Positions 19,616 through 28,911 of a stretch of DNA of 54,019 bases are shown piece by piece. Made by a program: the position numbers and the translations under genes. Source of the stretch: a virus. Taxonomy: Duplodnaviria > Caudoviricetes. The notes beneath the pieces are model-generated. The model saw nothing but the letters and a program-made list of their open reading frames with translations. It was not told the DNA's origin and ran no database searches. The DNA lies in IMG/VR virus record IMGVR_UViG_3300038317_000315, positions 1-54,019 of that record; one strand, 5' to 3'. Each line of letters begins with the position of its first letter. Position 1 is the first letter of the stretch.

Positions 19616-19938
19616 AATAACTCAATGTATTTTCTGTTTAAAAGATCTATTCCCTTTATATTCACAACTTCGGTTTTTCCGCTTTCATCAAAGGTTATTT
19701 CTACATCCTGAGCAACTGAGAGATCACCCTCAAAATACTTTTCAATGTAAATGCTGTAGTTCCCGGCAATAAGCTGTCCATCTACACCCATGATCTGTTT
19801 TGCGGGTAAATGAGCCTCAACCATACATTCAATACCATTAGCCCATTCACCCTCAGTTCCCGGTTGCAAATAACCGTTCTCGTCTGTATAAGGATCTGTA
19901 GCTAAAGTTTTATATCTGAATGATGCGTTTGTTCTCAT
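19606..19938 (-). CDS. Putative head closure protein
   Basis: Synteny, 110 aa, beta-rich. Confidence 0.55.
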   Translation of the reverse strand: MRTNASFRYKTLATDPYTDENGYLQPGTEGEWANGIECMVEAHLPAKQIMGVDGQLIAGNYSIYIEKYFEGDLSVAQDVEITFDESGKTEVVNIKGIDLLNRKYIELLCL

Positions 19939-19950
19939 AACCTTGTTAGT

Positions 19951-20283
19951 TTACCATAAATGGGATCCATCACTTATTGATGGTACATCAACATAATCTG
20001 AACTATCTAATCCGGCTTCATTACAGAGTGCTTTGATTCGGTTTTTCAACTCTTTTTCTTTGTAACCCTGTGATGATTTCCCCATTGAATCAGATGAAAG
20101 AACGATCAGTTTTTTAAGTACGTTAATTGCGACTTTCACAATCTTAATTTTGTGTTGTGCCGTTACATACTCATCCGTTGCATTTAAACCCTCATCAACA
20201 AGTGCCTTTTTGATAGTCAAGCTACTGGGGGAGTAGGGATCTACTTCCCCCAGTACAGCTTGATATAGTGTGAAATTAGCCAT
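19951..20283 (-). CDS. Putative head-tail adaptor
   Basis: Synteny, 110 aa helical, ends DGSHLW. Confidence 0.55.
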   Translation of the reverse strand: MANFTLYQAVLGEVDPYSPSSLTIKKALVDEGLNATDEYVTAQHKIKIVKVAINVLKKLIVLSSDSMGKSSQGYKEKELKNRIKALCNEAGLDSSDYVDVPSISDGSHLW

Positions 20284-20288
20284 GTTAA

Positions 20289-20606
20289 TTACTTTTGTAA
20301 GAATTCAACAATTGCTTGCAATTCCTCATCAGTCAACTCAGCGATCTTTGCACTGATAGCTTTTTCTCCGGCATTACCGGGAACACCTTTCTCAATTGAT
20401 TTTAAAGCCTCTTTTACAAGATCCAATTCATAATCAACATCGTTAATCTTGATTGTTTTTGACTTTTCCTCAACTGGCACCTCACACAAACCACGTTTTA
20501 CTAAACTTTCGGCTCGCTCATTACTTGGCACATCAATTACATCATCTACATTGTAGATTGATTTATTATTGATGTCCTGAAATTTCACTAATACTTTAAG
20601 TTTCAT
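20289..20606 (-). CDS. Head-associated hypothetical protein
   Basis: MKLKVLVKFQD...ERAESLVKRGL pattern typical of small genes after the major capsid gene. Confidence 0.6.
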   Translation of the reverse strand: MKLKVLVKFQDINNKSIYNVDDVIDVPSNERAESLVKRGLCEVPVEEKSKTIKINDVDYELDLVKEALKSIEKGVPGNAGEKAISAKIAELTDEELQAIVEFLQK

Positions 20607-20628
20607 GTCTTTTGCAGTTCTTTAAAGG

Positions 20629-21840
20629 TTACCCGGCTGGTAAAGCAGCATCGTACTGATCCTTTGTAAAGTAATTTGCACCATCAGGTAAAACCTTAGC
20701 CTCAAATCCCCTTACTTGCATAGATACGATTGCGTTAATCTCAGTTATGATAGGCAGTAATCTACCTGATCCCTGAGTAGTTTCCCCTGACTTCTGATTG
20801 GTTGATTCACCGGTTACCCATTTTGCAATTCTGATTCCGTTTCCGGCATTGAAATAAGTAACATCTTTTTCAGGTAGTAATTCACTGTCCTCAATTGATG
20901 GTTGGATTTCTCCAATTATTCCACTTGGTTTAAGTGCAATGAAATTAGGATTCCAGGGCGTAGTAGAAAGTCTCTGTCCGTCCTTATCAATTCCCATCTT
21001 ACGTGTTACAGTAGTGATAGGAGGTATCTCATTAGATGATAACAGTTCATTGAACTGATCAGCAGTTACGTTTTTAGCCTTACGATCATTTCCATGAACC
21101 ATAAGTCTAACAGGCTCTGACATGCGGATTTTATAGTATAAATCCTGAGACATCAGTAACTCACCAAACTCAATTCCTTTTTGTTTGAAGTCAGATATGA
21201 TCTGAGACATCAAAAGAATGAAGTTCACTCCACTTGCTAAATTAGCATCCGTAAATGGTAGCGGTGCAACCAATTTATTTGCCGGATCCATATCATAATC
21301 CACTTCAAACTCACGTCCTTGTGGGTTATTAAGTTCAGTCGTGAACCTTGCTACACCGTAATTTGATAAAGCCTGTAAAGCTATATTGTCCATTACGTCT
21401 TTTACACCCAAATATGCGTCTTGCATATCCATTTTAAGGGTTTTCTCAATTGCCCTTACTTTAGAAGCATCATTAAGCCTTGGGTTTTCATAAACCTCCA
21501 TGAGTTTACGGTAAACATCAGCCGGCATAAAGAATTTGTGTCCTACTCTTGGGATCTCTTTAGTCCATGCATCGAAACCATCAGCACGCCTTAATGGAGT
21601 GGGTGATTCGTTACCAATTACAGAAGCCATGAAGCGTAAACGGTATTTACCCATGATACCCTGAGCGGTTAAACTCATTTGCGGTGTATTGTAAGTAAAC
21701 CATTTATCACTATAGGTCTCTTCGAAAAGAGCCTTTTCTTTTTCGGATGCTTTCTCGAACGCTTTTTGCCATGTAGCTAAAAAGTCTAACGGGCTACCAT
21801 CCTTGAATAATCCGGTAAAATTTGTATAAATCGAATTCAT
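20629..21840 (-). CDS. Major capsid protein (lambda gpE-like)
   Basis: 403 aa after scaffold and decoration genes; MASVIGNESPTPLR and EFEVDY patterns. Confidence 0.8.
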   Translation of the reverse strand: MNSIYTNFTGLFKDGSPLDFLATWQKAFEKASEKEKALFEETYSDKWFTYNTPQMSLTAQGIMGKYRLRFMASVIGNESPTPLRRADGFDAWTKEIPRVGHKFFMPADVYRKLMEVYENPRLNDASKVRAIEKTLKMDMQDAYLGVKDVMDNIALQALSNYGVARFTTELNNPQGREFEVDYDMDPANKLVAPLPFTDANLASGVNFILLMSQIISDFKQKGIEFGELLMSQDLYYKIRMSEPVRLMVHGNDRKAKNVTADQFNELLSSNEIPPITTVTRKMGIDKDGQRLSTTPWNPNFIALKPSGIIGEIQPSIEDSELLPEKDVTYFNAGNGIRIAKWVTGESTNQKSGETTQGSGRLLPIITEINAIVSMQVRGFEAKVLPDGANYFTKDQYDAALPAG

Positions 21841-21857
21841 ATCTTATCCTCCTTTCA

Positions 21858-22490
21858 TTAAAATGATTTTGTCAATTTGATGTGTGGGTTTGCCTTAAGG
21901 TAAGCCCCTGTGGTATCTCTCTGAGATGCGGGTATCGGCAAAACACGTCTCTCATACAATTCATATTGCATGGTATCAGCAACAACATCAATTGATGTTT
22001 CTTCCTCTCTTACAACTGTATCAGTTAATGTTATACAGTTTGCATCTCCAATAACAGCAGCGTTCAGTTCAGATGCTACAACTTCAATGAGCGTATCTCC
22101 GGCTGTCAATCCTGATATAGCAGCAGATAATGTTATTACCATCTTGGAAGCTGTTTTTTCAATTTTGGTAATGGTAGGAGCATCAGCAAATAGACCTGAA
22201 ACAGTTTTCAACACACTGTCACCAACACTTAGTGTAGGCTGATAGAATTCACCAGTTTTCAAGGTTACGATCTTGGTATCAACTGTATCAACAGCTAACA
22301 CCTCAGCAGTTTTCACGATCTTAACAAGTCGTGTTTGTTCATCTCTGATAGCGAGTGAACCAGCCGGGATAACATCCCCGGCATTGAACCTTTGGGCTGT
22401 CCTGTTCAGGTTAAATCCACCTGTCACAATGGATGGAGAACCTGTAAAAATAGGACTAAACCCAGTATAGGATTGTCTTTTTGTTTTCAT
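21858..22490 (-). CDS. Head decoration protein
   Basis: GGFNL...VIPAGS motif; between scaffold and capsid genes. Confidence 0.65.
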   Translation of the reverse strand: MKTKRQSYTGFSPIFTGSPSIVTGGFNLNRTAQRFNAGDVIPAGSLAIRDEQTRLVKIVKTAEVLAVDTVDTKIVTLKTGEFYQPTLSVGDSVLKTVSGLFADAPTITKIEKTASKMVITLSAAISGLTAGDTLIEVVASELNAAVIGDANCITLTDTVVREEETSIDVVADTMQYELYERRVLPIPASQRDTTGAYLKANPHIKLTKSF

Positions 22491-22497
22491 ATCAAAG

Positions 22498-23118
22498 TTA
22501 TTTTTCAGTTACAGTTATTGATTCCAACAGCGAATCAGCAGCCTGATCGACTTGCTTTTCCGTTGCTGCTTTTGCACCAGTTACACCAGTTGTAAGCCCC
22601 TCTGTAATGAGATCTTGTTTAATGTCTGCCAAATACTCATCTATATCCTGATCATCAGGTATAGTTAAGCCTTTCATTCTCCAATCGGGAATTTCATGTT
22701 TTTTCTGAGCCTCTTTAATAGCTGTTTCCCGGCTTTTAGCTGAAAGTGAACTTTCCAGTTCTTGCATTTTGAGATTTTGCTTTTCAATCATCTCTTTTAA
22801 AGCTGCTAATTCCGTGTTCTCAGTAGTTGATGGTTCTTTCTTTTTTGGATTTTCGTCCTCATCTTCTTCATCTGTTTCCTGATCACTTTTCTTTTTAGAT
22901 TCAGCTTCTTTTTTCTTGTTAACCCATCTTGTAGCCTCCCCTTGCGTTACAGTTGCAATCTCAGCTATTTGATTTGCTATTTCTTCAATCGCTGTTTCAT
23001 CAGTAGAATCATCTTCGATACTTCCACCCATTTTTTCGGTTAAAGCTGTTAGATACTTCTCTGATAAGCCAGTGTCCTTGCACAGGCTTTTAACTTTGTT
23101 AAATAGTGCCTTATTCAT
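22498..23118 (-). CDS. Capsid scaffolding protein
   Basis: Acidic/Lys-rich coiled coil, first gene of the capsid operon. Confidence 0.65.
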   Translation of the reverse strand: MNKALFNKVKSLCKDTGLSEKYLTALTEKMGGSIEDDSTDETAIEEIANQIAEIATVTQGEATRWVNKKKEAESKKKSDQETDEEDEDENPKKKEPSTTENTELAALKEMIEKQNLKMQELESSLSAKSRETAIKEAQKKHEIPDWRMKGLTIPDDQDIDEYLADIKQDLITEGLTTGVTGAKAATEKQVDQAADSLLESITVTEK

Positions 23119-23152
23119 AGAAAATAAATATTAATTAATTAATGTACTGCAA

Positions 23153-23307
23153 CAAAGATAGAAATTAATTCTGTAAGTGTGTTCACTAAACACGTAAATT
23201 ATTCATCTTTTTACTACTGATATATAGGTACTTAGAAAATAAACCATGATTTCACAGAAAATATTTCTATTTTTATTTGTTTTATTAAATAGAACAAACT
23301 ATCTTTG
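23153..23307. promoter_or_regulatory. Divergent promoter region (capsid operon / + strand island) with three operator types
   Basis: Minus -7 box 23153-23160; plus -33 TTTG 23276 and -7 TATCTTTG 23300-23307; palindromes at 23158-23174, 23178-23194, 23254-23270, 23278-23296. Confidence 0.7.
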
Positions 23308-23333
23308 CTGTATTAACAAGTAAAATTAACGAT

Positions 23334-23522
23334 ATGAGTAAGTCAGATTTCACAATTTCAATCAAGGGCAGATCTATACATTTTCATTTAGGGCGTTTGG
23401 AAATGGCTATTACGCTTATGGAAAGGGAGCTTAAATCTCTTAAAGAGATACATGAGGATATGACAGAATTAGCAAAACAAGAAACTTTAAAAAATATCAG
23501 ACATGAAACAGAAAGTCAGTGA
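23334..23522 (+). CDS. Hypothetical protein
   Basis: First ORF after the + promoter. Confidence 0.6.
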   Translation: MSKSDFTISIKGRSIHFHLGRLEMAITLMERELKSLKEIHEDMTELAKQETLKNIRHETESQ

Positions 23523-23766
23523 AAAGATTAACACGATCTTTTGTTGGTCGGTGCTAATCCCGGCAATACTTTACATTGCGTGGCAAATTTATATGGGTAT
23601 AACTAATTAATATTTAACATATGACTTATAAGAGAAAAGCAAGATCAAAAGAGGATCTGAGAAAGAACCCGGACTTTATTGATACCTCAATGGGTAAGAA
23701 ATATTTAAAGATGGGGCGTGTAGTGATTTTAGAGAATAAGTTTTATGATAACACCAACAAATAAAA

Positions 23767-24105
23767 ATGATTATGAGGAAAGAATTCAAAGGAACAAAAG
23801 GTGAATGGAAAGTAGGGAAACATCCATCCACAGTAGTATCAACTGCTAAGGTTACAAATACAAACTTTCCATCACCACCAAACTCAACAAAATCAAAAGA
23901 TGATGAGATTGAGCATTACGGCGGATATTTAGTCGCAGAAAGCATCGGGGATAAAGCAGACGCTAAACTCATTGCTGCAGCACCTGAATTACTGGAAGAA
24001 TTAAAACAATGTGTAAGAGCTCTAAAGGTTGTTTATTCTTTCGGTGCAACTAAAGATATAATTGATAGAGCTGAAAAAGCAATTAACAAAGCATTAGGAT
24101 TATGA
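23767..24105 (+). CDS. Phage hypothetical protein
   Basis: EFKGTKGEW...ADAKLIAAAPELLEEL motif common in phage accessory proteins. Confidence 0.8.
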   Translation: MIMRKEFKGTKGEWKVGKHPSTVVSTAKVTNTNFPSPPNSTKSKDDEIEHYGGYLVAESIGDKADAKLIAAAPELLEELKQCVRALKVVYSFGATKDIIDRAEKAINKALGL

Positions 24106-24380
24106 AGCGTCAAATAACAGTGAACTTTAATAACATACGGAAACAAGCCCTACATAGATATGATGGACTGGTTGAGAAGCTAAACGATTCTGTGGATGAA
24201 GACGGAAAAATATCTATCTACACAGAGGAAATTCAAGAAGAAATGGACGACCTGAGAATGCTCATAGGAACAATGGCTTGCTGTAGTTATGAGAATGATG
24301 ATGAGTTTAAAGATGTCTTTTCAGAAGTATACCCAAATGATGGGGATTGCATGAAATTATTTAACGATAAAGACGAATGA
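24102..24380 (+). CDS. Acidic hypothetical protein
   Basis: ATGA-coupled to the previous gene. Confidence 0.7.
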   Translation: MKRQITVNFNNIRKQALHRYDGLVEKLNDSVDEDGKISIYTEEIQEEMDDLRMLIGTMACCSYENDDEFKDVFSEVYPNDGDCMKLFNDKDE

Positions 24381-24465
24381 CAGCTAAACAACTCACAGTA
24401 GATCAGAACTCACAAATAGAGATTCCACTTGAAAACGTTTGGAAATTTTAAAACATAGAGATATA

Positions 24466-24693
24466 ATGGAAAAATTAAAAGAAAGAATTAAAAAAGCGTT
24501 AATAATCTTAGCAATAATTCTATCTCTGATACTGATATTAGCCGGGTGCAAGAAAAGGCTTGCACTATTCTTACCCGAACATTCTGAGAGGACCATTAAG
24601 ACTATTGATAAAGAGTTTAAGCATGATCCGAATGAGCGTAATATTGCGGATAGCATGTTTGGTGATATTTACGAATTTCCATTAACACGATAA
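24466..24693 (+). CDS. Small membrane-anchored hypothetical protein
   Basis: Hydrophobic helix followed by LAGC; probable ATG at 24466. Confidence 0.5.
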   Translation: MEKLKERIKKALIILAIILSLILILAGCKKRLALFLPEHSERTIKTIDKEFKHDPNERNIADSMFGDIYEFPLTR

Positions 24694-24696
24694 AAT

Positions 24697-26112
24697 ATGT
24701 TTGGTAAAGATTTTTATCCTACACCTAAATCAGTAATTGAAATGATGGTTGGTGCTGTAGATGTATGTAACAAGATCGTTCTTGAACCATCAGCCGGGAA
24801 AGGGAACATTGTAGACTACCTTAAAACAAATGGCGCAAAGGATATTCTAACATGTGAGATTGAGCCTAATTTGGCAAAGATCGTTTCGCAAAAGAGCCGG
24901 TTTATCAATAGTGATTTTTTTGATGTAAAGAGAGAGGATGTGTCACACATAGATCTTATAATAATGAACCCTCCATTTTCTCAGGATGACAAACACATTT
25001 TGCATGCATGGGAAATAGCACCTCCCGGATGTGAGATCATATCTCTATGCAACTACTACACATTAGACAATTCATTTTCTCAGAATAGAAAGATGCTTAA
25101 AGAGATCATTAACTACAATGGACGTTATGATGACTTAGGCAATTGTTTTTCAAGCTCAGAGAGAGAAACAGATGTACGTGTAGCATGTGTTCACTTACAT
25201 AAGAATGGTTCCGGAAGTGATGAATTTGAGGGTTATTTTGATGTTGATCCGGACATGGAACAGCAAGAAGAGGGCATTGTGAGGTATGATTATATCCGTG
25301 ATATAGTTGGTAGGTACGTTCAGGCGGTAAGCATGTTTGACGGTGTAATGAAAGCCTCAGAAGAAGTCAATGCCGTTACCTCTACCATCTATAGCTATGG
25401 GATTAAGTTTGGCGCATTTGATACAAGTAGACAGAACTACACTGCTATAACCAGAGATGAGTTTAAAAAAGATCTTCAAAAGCGGTGTTGGAACAAAGTT
25501 TTCAATGACATGAAGATGGATAAATATGTTACAAGTGGTGTATTGGAAACTATAAACAAATTTGTGGAAAAGCAAGAACACGTTCCATTTACTGTAAAGA
25601 ATGTTTACAAGATGGTGGAAATGATTGTTGGCACCCACTCGGACCGTATGGGCAAAGTGATAATTGAGGCGTTTGATTTGATTTGTTCTTTTTCATCTGA
25701 TAATAGCACTGCCGGTGAAACATGGAAAACGAATAGCAATTACATGATCAACAAACGTTTTATTATTCCTTATATCACAGAAGCGGACTTTTACGGCACA
25801 CCACGACCTTATGTTTACTTAACATATAGAGGATGGACACAGCTAAATGATATTCTGAAAGGACTTTGCTATTTAACCGGTAGCAACTTTGATGAAATAG
25901 TGGAACTCAGAGTTTTTATTGATAAGGGTAAACTCGAATGGGGTAAATGGCACACGTGGGAACCGTTTTTTCGAGTGAGAGGATATAAAAAAGGCACCAT
26001 GCATTTTGAATTTATTGATGAGGATGTTTGGGCTAAATTCAATAAGCATGTAGCAAAAATTAAAGGTTGGAGACTACCCAACAATTCAAGAAATGGCAAA
26101 AAGAATAGGTAG
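24697..26112 (+). CDS. Class I SAM-dependent N6-adenine DNA methyltransferase-like protein (DUF4942-type)
   Basis: DFYPTP, VLEPSAGKG (motif I), NPPF (motif IV), C-terminal FFRVRGYKKGTMHFEF. Confidence 0.85.
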   Translation: MFGKDFYPTPKSVIEMMVGAVDVCNKIVLEPSAGKGNIVDYLKTNGAKDILTCEIEPNLAKIVSQKSRFINSDFFDVKREDVSHIDLIIMNPPFSQDDKHILHAWEIAPPGCEIISLCNYYTLDNSFSQNRKMLKEIINYNGRYDDLGNCFSSSERETDVRVACVHLHKNGSGSDEFEGYFDVDPDMEQQEEGIVRYDYIRDIVGRYVQAVSMFDGVMKASEEVNAVTSTIYSYGIKFGAFDTSRQNYTAITRDEFKKDLQKRCWNKVFNDMKMDKYVTSGVLETINKFVEKQEHVPFTVKNVYKMVEMIVGTHSDRMGKVIIEAFDLICSFSSDNSTAGETWKTNSNYMINKRFIIPYITEADFYGTPRPYVYLTYRGWTQLNDILKGLCYLTGSNFDEIVELRVFIDKGKLEWGKWHTWEPFFRVRGYKKGTMHFEFIDEDVWAKFNKHVAKIKGWRLPNNSRNGKKNR

Positions 26113-26275
26113 AAAATACAAATACCCCGGACAAACAGAAATATTTGAACTCGTAAAGATCAGAGGCTTTATTTATCAATTCAAATGTGGACATTGGTGT
26201 ACAGATTCAGTATTTACAGACCTAATAGATATTGACACCGGGATTCCTAACTGGATGCAACCAACATTATTTTAA
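26093..26275 (+). CDS. Hypothetical protein
   Basis: 60 aa ORF overlapping the MTase end. Confidence 0.55.
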   Translation: MAKRIGRKYKYPGQTEIFELVKIRGFIYQFKCGHWCTDSVFTDLIDIDTGIPNWMQPTLF

Positions 26276-26286
26276 ACACTTTGATT

Positions 26287-26646
26287 ATGACACACATTGA
26301 CATTTTAAAATTCATAGATACATTAAGAGCATCAGATGAGTATATTGAAACGATATACACTCATGGATCTTGTTATAAATTTCATATTATGCTTAAAACA
26401 TTTTTTCCTGAATGCGTACCTTTGATTTGTAGTTGCAAGGGTCATATAATAAGTGAGTATTTGGGTAAATGCTACGACATTACAGGGGAAGTTTCCGGAG
26501 ATGATTATACTTATATGGACCGTGACGAAATTGAAGCCGCTGAACAATGGAGTTTCTATAAACACAATTATTTAGCAATTACTGAATGCCCTGAATGTGA
26601 AACTACACTTTGTTATGGGCGCAATGGTGTGGTGTGTGTAAAATAA
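26287..26646 (+). CDS. Hypothetical protein with C-terminal CxxC
   Basis: IYTHGSCYKF...YDITGE; ECPECE. Confidence 0.65.
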   Translation: MTHIDILKFIDTLRASDEYIETIYTHGSCYKFHIMLKTFFPECVPLICSCKGHIISEYLGKCYDITGEVSGDDYTYMDRDEIEAAEQWSFYKHNYLAITECPECETTLCYGRNGVVCVK

Positions 26647-26666
26647 CTAAACTTTCACCCTATTAA

Positions 26667-26698
26667 TTTGTTTTACTTAATACAACTAACTATATTTG
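26667..26698 (+). promoter_or_regulatory. Bacteroidota sigma-A promoter (TTTG-N20-TATATTTG)
   Basis: Consensus -33/-7 match; spacer resembles that of the 23276-23307 promoter. Confidence 0.6.
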
Positions 26699-26703
26699 CA
26701 ACT

Positions 26704-26973
26704 ATGAGAGATAAAAAAGAGATAAAAGAATGCATTAAGCAGATCAAAGAGCGATTAAATGAACTTGGAATGAATGAGCCTCAAAACTCATCTGTAAAAG
26801 CCGGGTATCAGAAAGCAGTTGAGATTCTGAGGAAAAGATCCACTGATTTTAAAAAGATGGATGTTCAATACCTACCATCTTCTCAGGCAAAAGCTATTGC
26901 ATTTATAGCAATTGATTATTTGAATGAAGATGCTGAAAAAGAGGTGTTACTTAACATACCACTAAAAAAATAA
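26704..26973 (+). CDS. Hypothetical protein
   Basis: ATG 26704 immediately after the promoter. Confidence 0.65.
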   Translation: MRDKKEIKECIKQIKERLNELGMNEPQNSSVKAGYQKAVEILRKRSTDFKKMDVQYLPSSQAKAIAFIAIDYLNEDAEKEVLLNIPLKK

Positions 26974-26975
26974 AT

Positions 26976-27254
26976 ATGGCAAAAAAACTATTTAAAGTTA
27001 TTCATGTTGAACTGAAACGTCCTTACAAAGGTCGCAAACACTACTATTTCGGATCACAGGCAGCAATCTATGAACATATACCTGAAAAGTATATCGGTAT
27101 CAAATTAGAGAGCCTTTGGAATGTAGATCTTACTAAGGGTGAATATGAAAATAATTATGTAACTATCCGGATGGGTGAACTTGACCGTAAAAACACAAAA
27201 CGTGGTGGAGTGAAACTCACAGAGGATGAAATTAAAAAATTGAGTGATGAATAA
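26976..27254 (+). CDS. Basic hypothetical protein (possibly DNA-binding)
   Basis: KVIHVEL...HYYFGSQAAIY motif. Confidence 0.65.
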   Translation: MAKKLFKVIHVELKRPYKGRKHYYFGSQAAIYEHIPEKYIGIKLESLWNVDLTKGEYENNYVTIRMGELDRKNTKRGGVKLTEDEIKKLSDE

Positions 27255-27549
27255 AGGATTTTACTATAAAATAGCAATGGATGAATTTAATCAATATCAA
27301 TATAGGGTAGATGGTGGCAAGGATTGCACACTATCAGAGTTATCTATTTGCCCACTATGCAAAAATGAAATGAATCTTTATTCTATAACAACACCAAGTA
27401 AGAACCCGACCGTGGGCTTTGATGGCTTAGGAAAGCATTTTACAATATGGGAAGATGTACCCGGTAAATTGGTGTTTAGGTGCCTGTATTGTGGAGATAC
27501 TAAAAACTATAGAATTCATAAGATGGAAATCATATCCATAAAAAAATAA
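27247..27549 (+). CDS. Zn-ribbon hypothetical protein
   Basis: CPLC...CLYC. Confidence 0.6.
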   Translation: MNKGFYYKIAMDEFNQYQYRVDGGKDCTLSELSICPLCKNEMNLYSITTPSKNPTVGFDGLGKHFTIWEDVPGKLVFRCLYCGDTKNYRIHKMEIISIKK

Positions 27550-27561
27550 TTGATAAGATAT

Positions 27562-27930
27562 ATGAAAGTACAAAATTTGAGAATAGGGAACTACGTTATA
27601 GATAACGGTGAAGTGTGCGAGGTTATTCAGATCGAATCAAACGGCAACGTTATGACTACGTGTAAAAGCAAATTTCCAATATCGAATGTTGAGGATCTGG
27701 AGCCGGTGAAGTTGACAGAGAATGTGCTTTTAATGTGTGGGTTTGATGAAAACATGGTTTTATCAACCATAGAAGGAGAAATAAGATACTATGGAGATGG
27801 GGGTATAAATATTGGCGGAGAGGACTCGTGCACTCTTGGAATGGTTTATATTGCTAAATGCAAATACCTTCACCAACTCCAAAACCTATACTTTGCGCTA
27901 ACAGGCAAAGAATTGGAGGTAAGACAATAA
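27562..27930 (+). CDS. Phage hypothetical protein
   Basis: LRIGNYV...EPVKLTENVL...YLHQLQNLYFALTGKEL motif. Confidence 0.75.
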   Translation: MKVQNLRIGNYVIDNGEVCEVIQIESNGNVMTTCKSKFPISNVEDLEPVKLTENVLLMCGFDENMVLSTIEGEIRYYGDGGINIGGEDSCTLGMVYIAKCKYLHQLQNLYFALTGKELEVRQ

Positions 27931-27960
27931 CAGATTATTAACAAATAAAATTAACAAATC

Positions 27961-28167
27961 ATGGCACTAACAGATAACAGTTTTATGCCTTATGGTAAGC
28001 ACAAAGGCAAAAAGATGATCAATGTACCGGCTGACTATTTATTGTGGCTGTATGAGAACCAAAAGTGCTCAGGTGAAGTTAGGGCTTACATTGCATCTAA
28101 CCATGAGGTCCTAACAGTTCAGGCGAAACGGATCAGAGAGGAACAAAGTAAAAGATTCATGTACTAA
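27961..28167 (+). CDS. DUF3820/QSregVF-like small protein
   Basis: MPYGKHKGKKMINVPADYLLWL motif. Confidence 0.75.
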   Translation: MALTDNSFMPYGKHKGKKMINVPADYLLWLYENQKCSGEVRAYIASNHEVLTVQAKRIREEQSKRFMY

Positions 28168-28186
28168 ACTAAAAATAACAAACAAA

Positions 28187-28657
28187 ATGAAAAGAACTAT
28201 TTTAATGCTTTCCCTGATAGCTTTGATAACAGGATGTGAAAAAGAAAATGAGAGTTTAACACAAACTCTTATGGTAAATGTGAGCTACACATATAGTTCA
28301 AACCCGGACTATGGAGATAAACTATCTGATAAAGCCTTTGTATTTATCTTCAAAGATAATGGAAAAGAGGTTGATAATGAAGAAAGCGACAACTCAGTTA
28401 TATTTGATTTGAAAATGACTTATAAAGACGGAACGAAATCAGACAGTCCGATTCGCTCATCTGAGAGTAGTGTAAATACGTTTGAAGATGTGCCTAATGG
28501 AAATTACATTATTTGGGTTGCACATATCCCATACGCTGCTACTGTGAAAACAACTTCTACAAAAGTATCATTAAAACCAAATGATGATCTTGTTATTAAA
28601 AAAGTTGTATTAGATATGGATCTACCAAATGGATATCAAGTGTGGAAAGATAAATAA
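28187..28657 (+). CDS. Lipoprotein (moron)
   Basis: SPII signal with LITG-C followed by EKENE. Confidence 0.75.
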   Translation: MKRTILMLSLIALITGCEKENESLTQTLMVNVSYTYSSNPDYGDKLSDKAFVFIFKDNGKEVDNEESDNSVIFDLKMTYKDGTKSDSPIRSSESSVNTFEDVPNGNYIIWVAHIPYAATVKTTSTKVSLKPNDDLVIKKVVLDMDLPNGYQVWKDK

Positions 28658-28752
28658 TAATCATTTGATATGAAAAATAAAACTTTTTTATTTGGTAATT
28701 CAAAACATTATGTTGATATTTGCAAAGTCAAGTAATTTATCGGGCAGGATAC

Positions 28753-28784
28753 GCCCACAATCACGGATTGTCAGGGCTTTTTTT
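28753..28784 (+). terminator. Leader terminator/attenuator upstream of the antirepressor
   Basis: GCCC-ACAATC-acg-GATTGT-ca-GGGC-TTTTTTT. Confidence 0.7.
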
Positions 28785-28810
28785 ATTCCTGTAATCTCAT
28801 AGTATAAACT

Positions 28811-28894
28811 GAACGTGCACCCCTGTGTATTAGTTGTAATGGCTAATACAGTTAAAATCCCGATGGATTACTTGACAGCAGGAAAGGCACGTTC
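28811..28894 (+). ncRNA. Putative structured antisense RNA (P1 C4 / P4 CI-like architecture)
   Basis: Closing stems GAACGTGC/GCACGTTC and CCTG/CAGG, inner hairpin 28826-28850, and segment 28859-28877 complementary to 28727-28744 and 28913-28926. Confidence 0.7.
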
Positions 28895-28911
28895 TTTTAT
28901 TTTAAATTATT

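Noticed and set aside
28811-28894. tRNA gene
   Set aside because: Multi-stem fold but no T-loop/D-loop consensus or anticodon arm; better explained as antisense RNA
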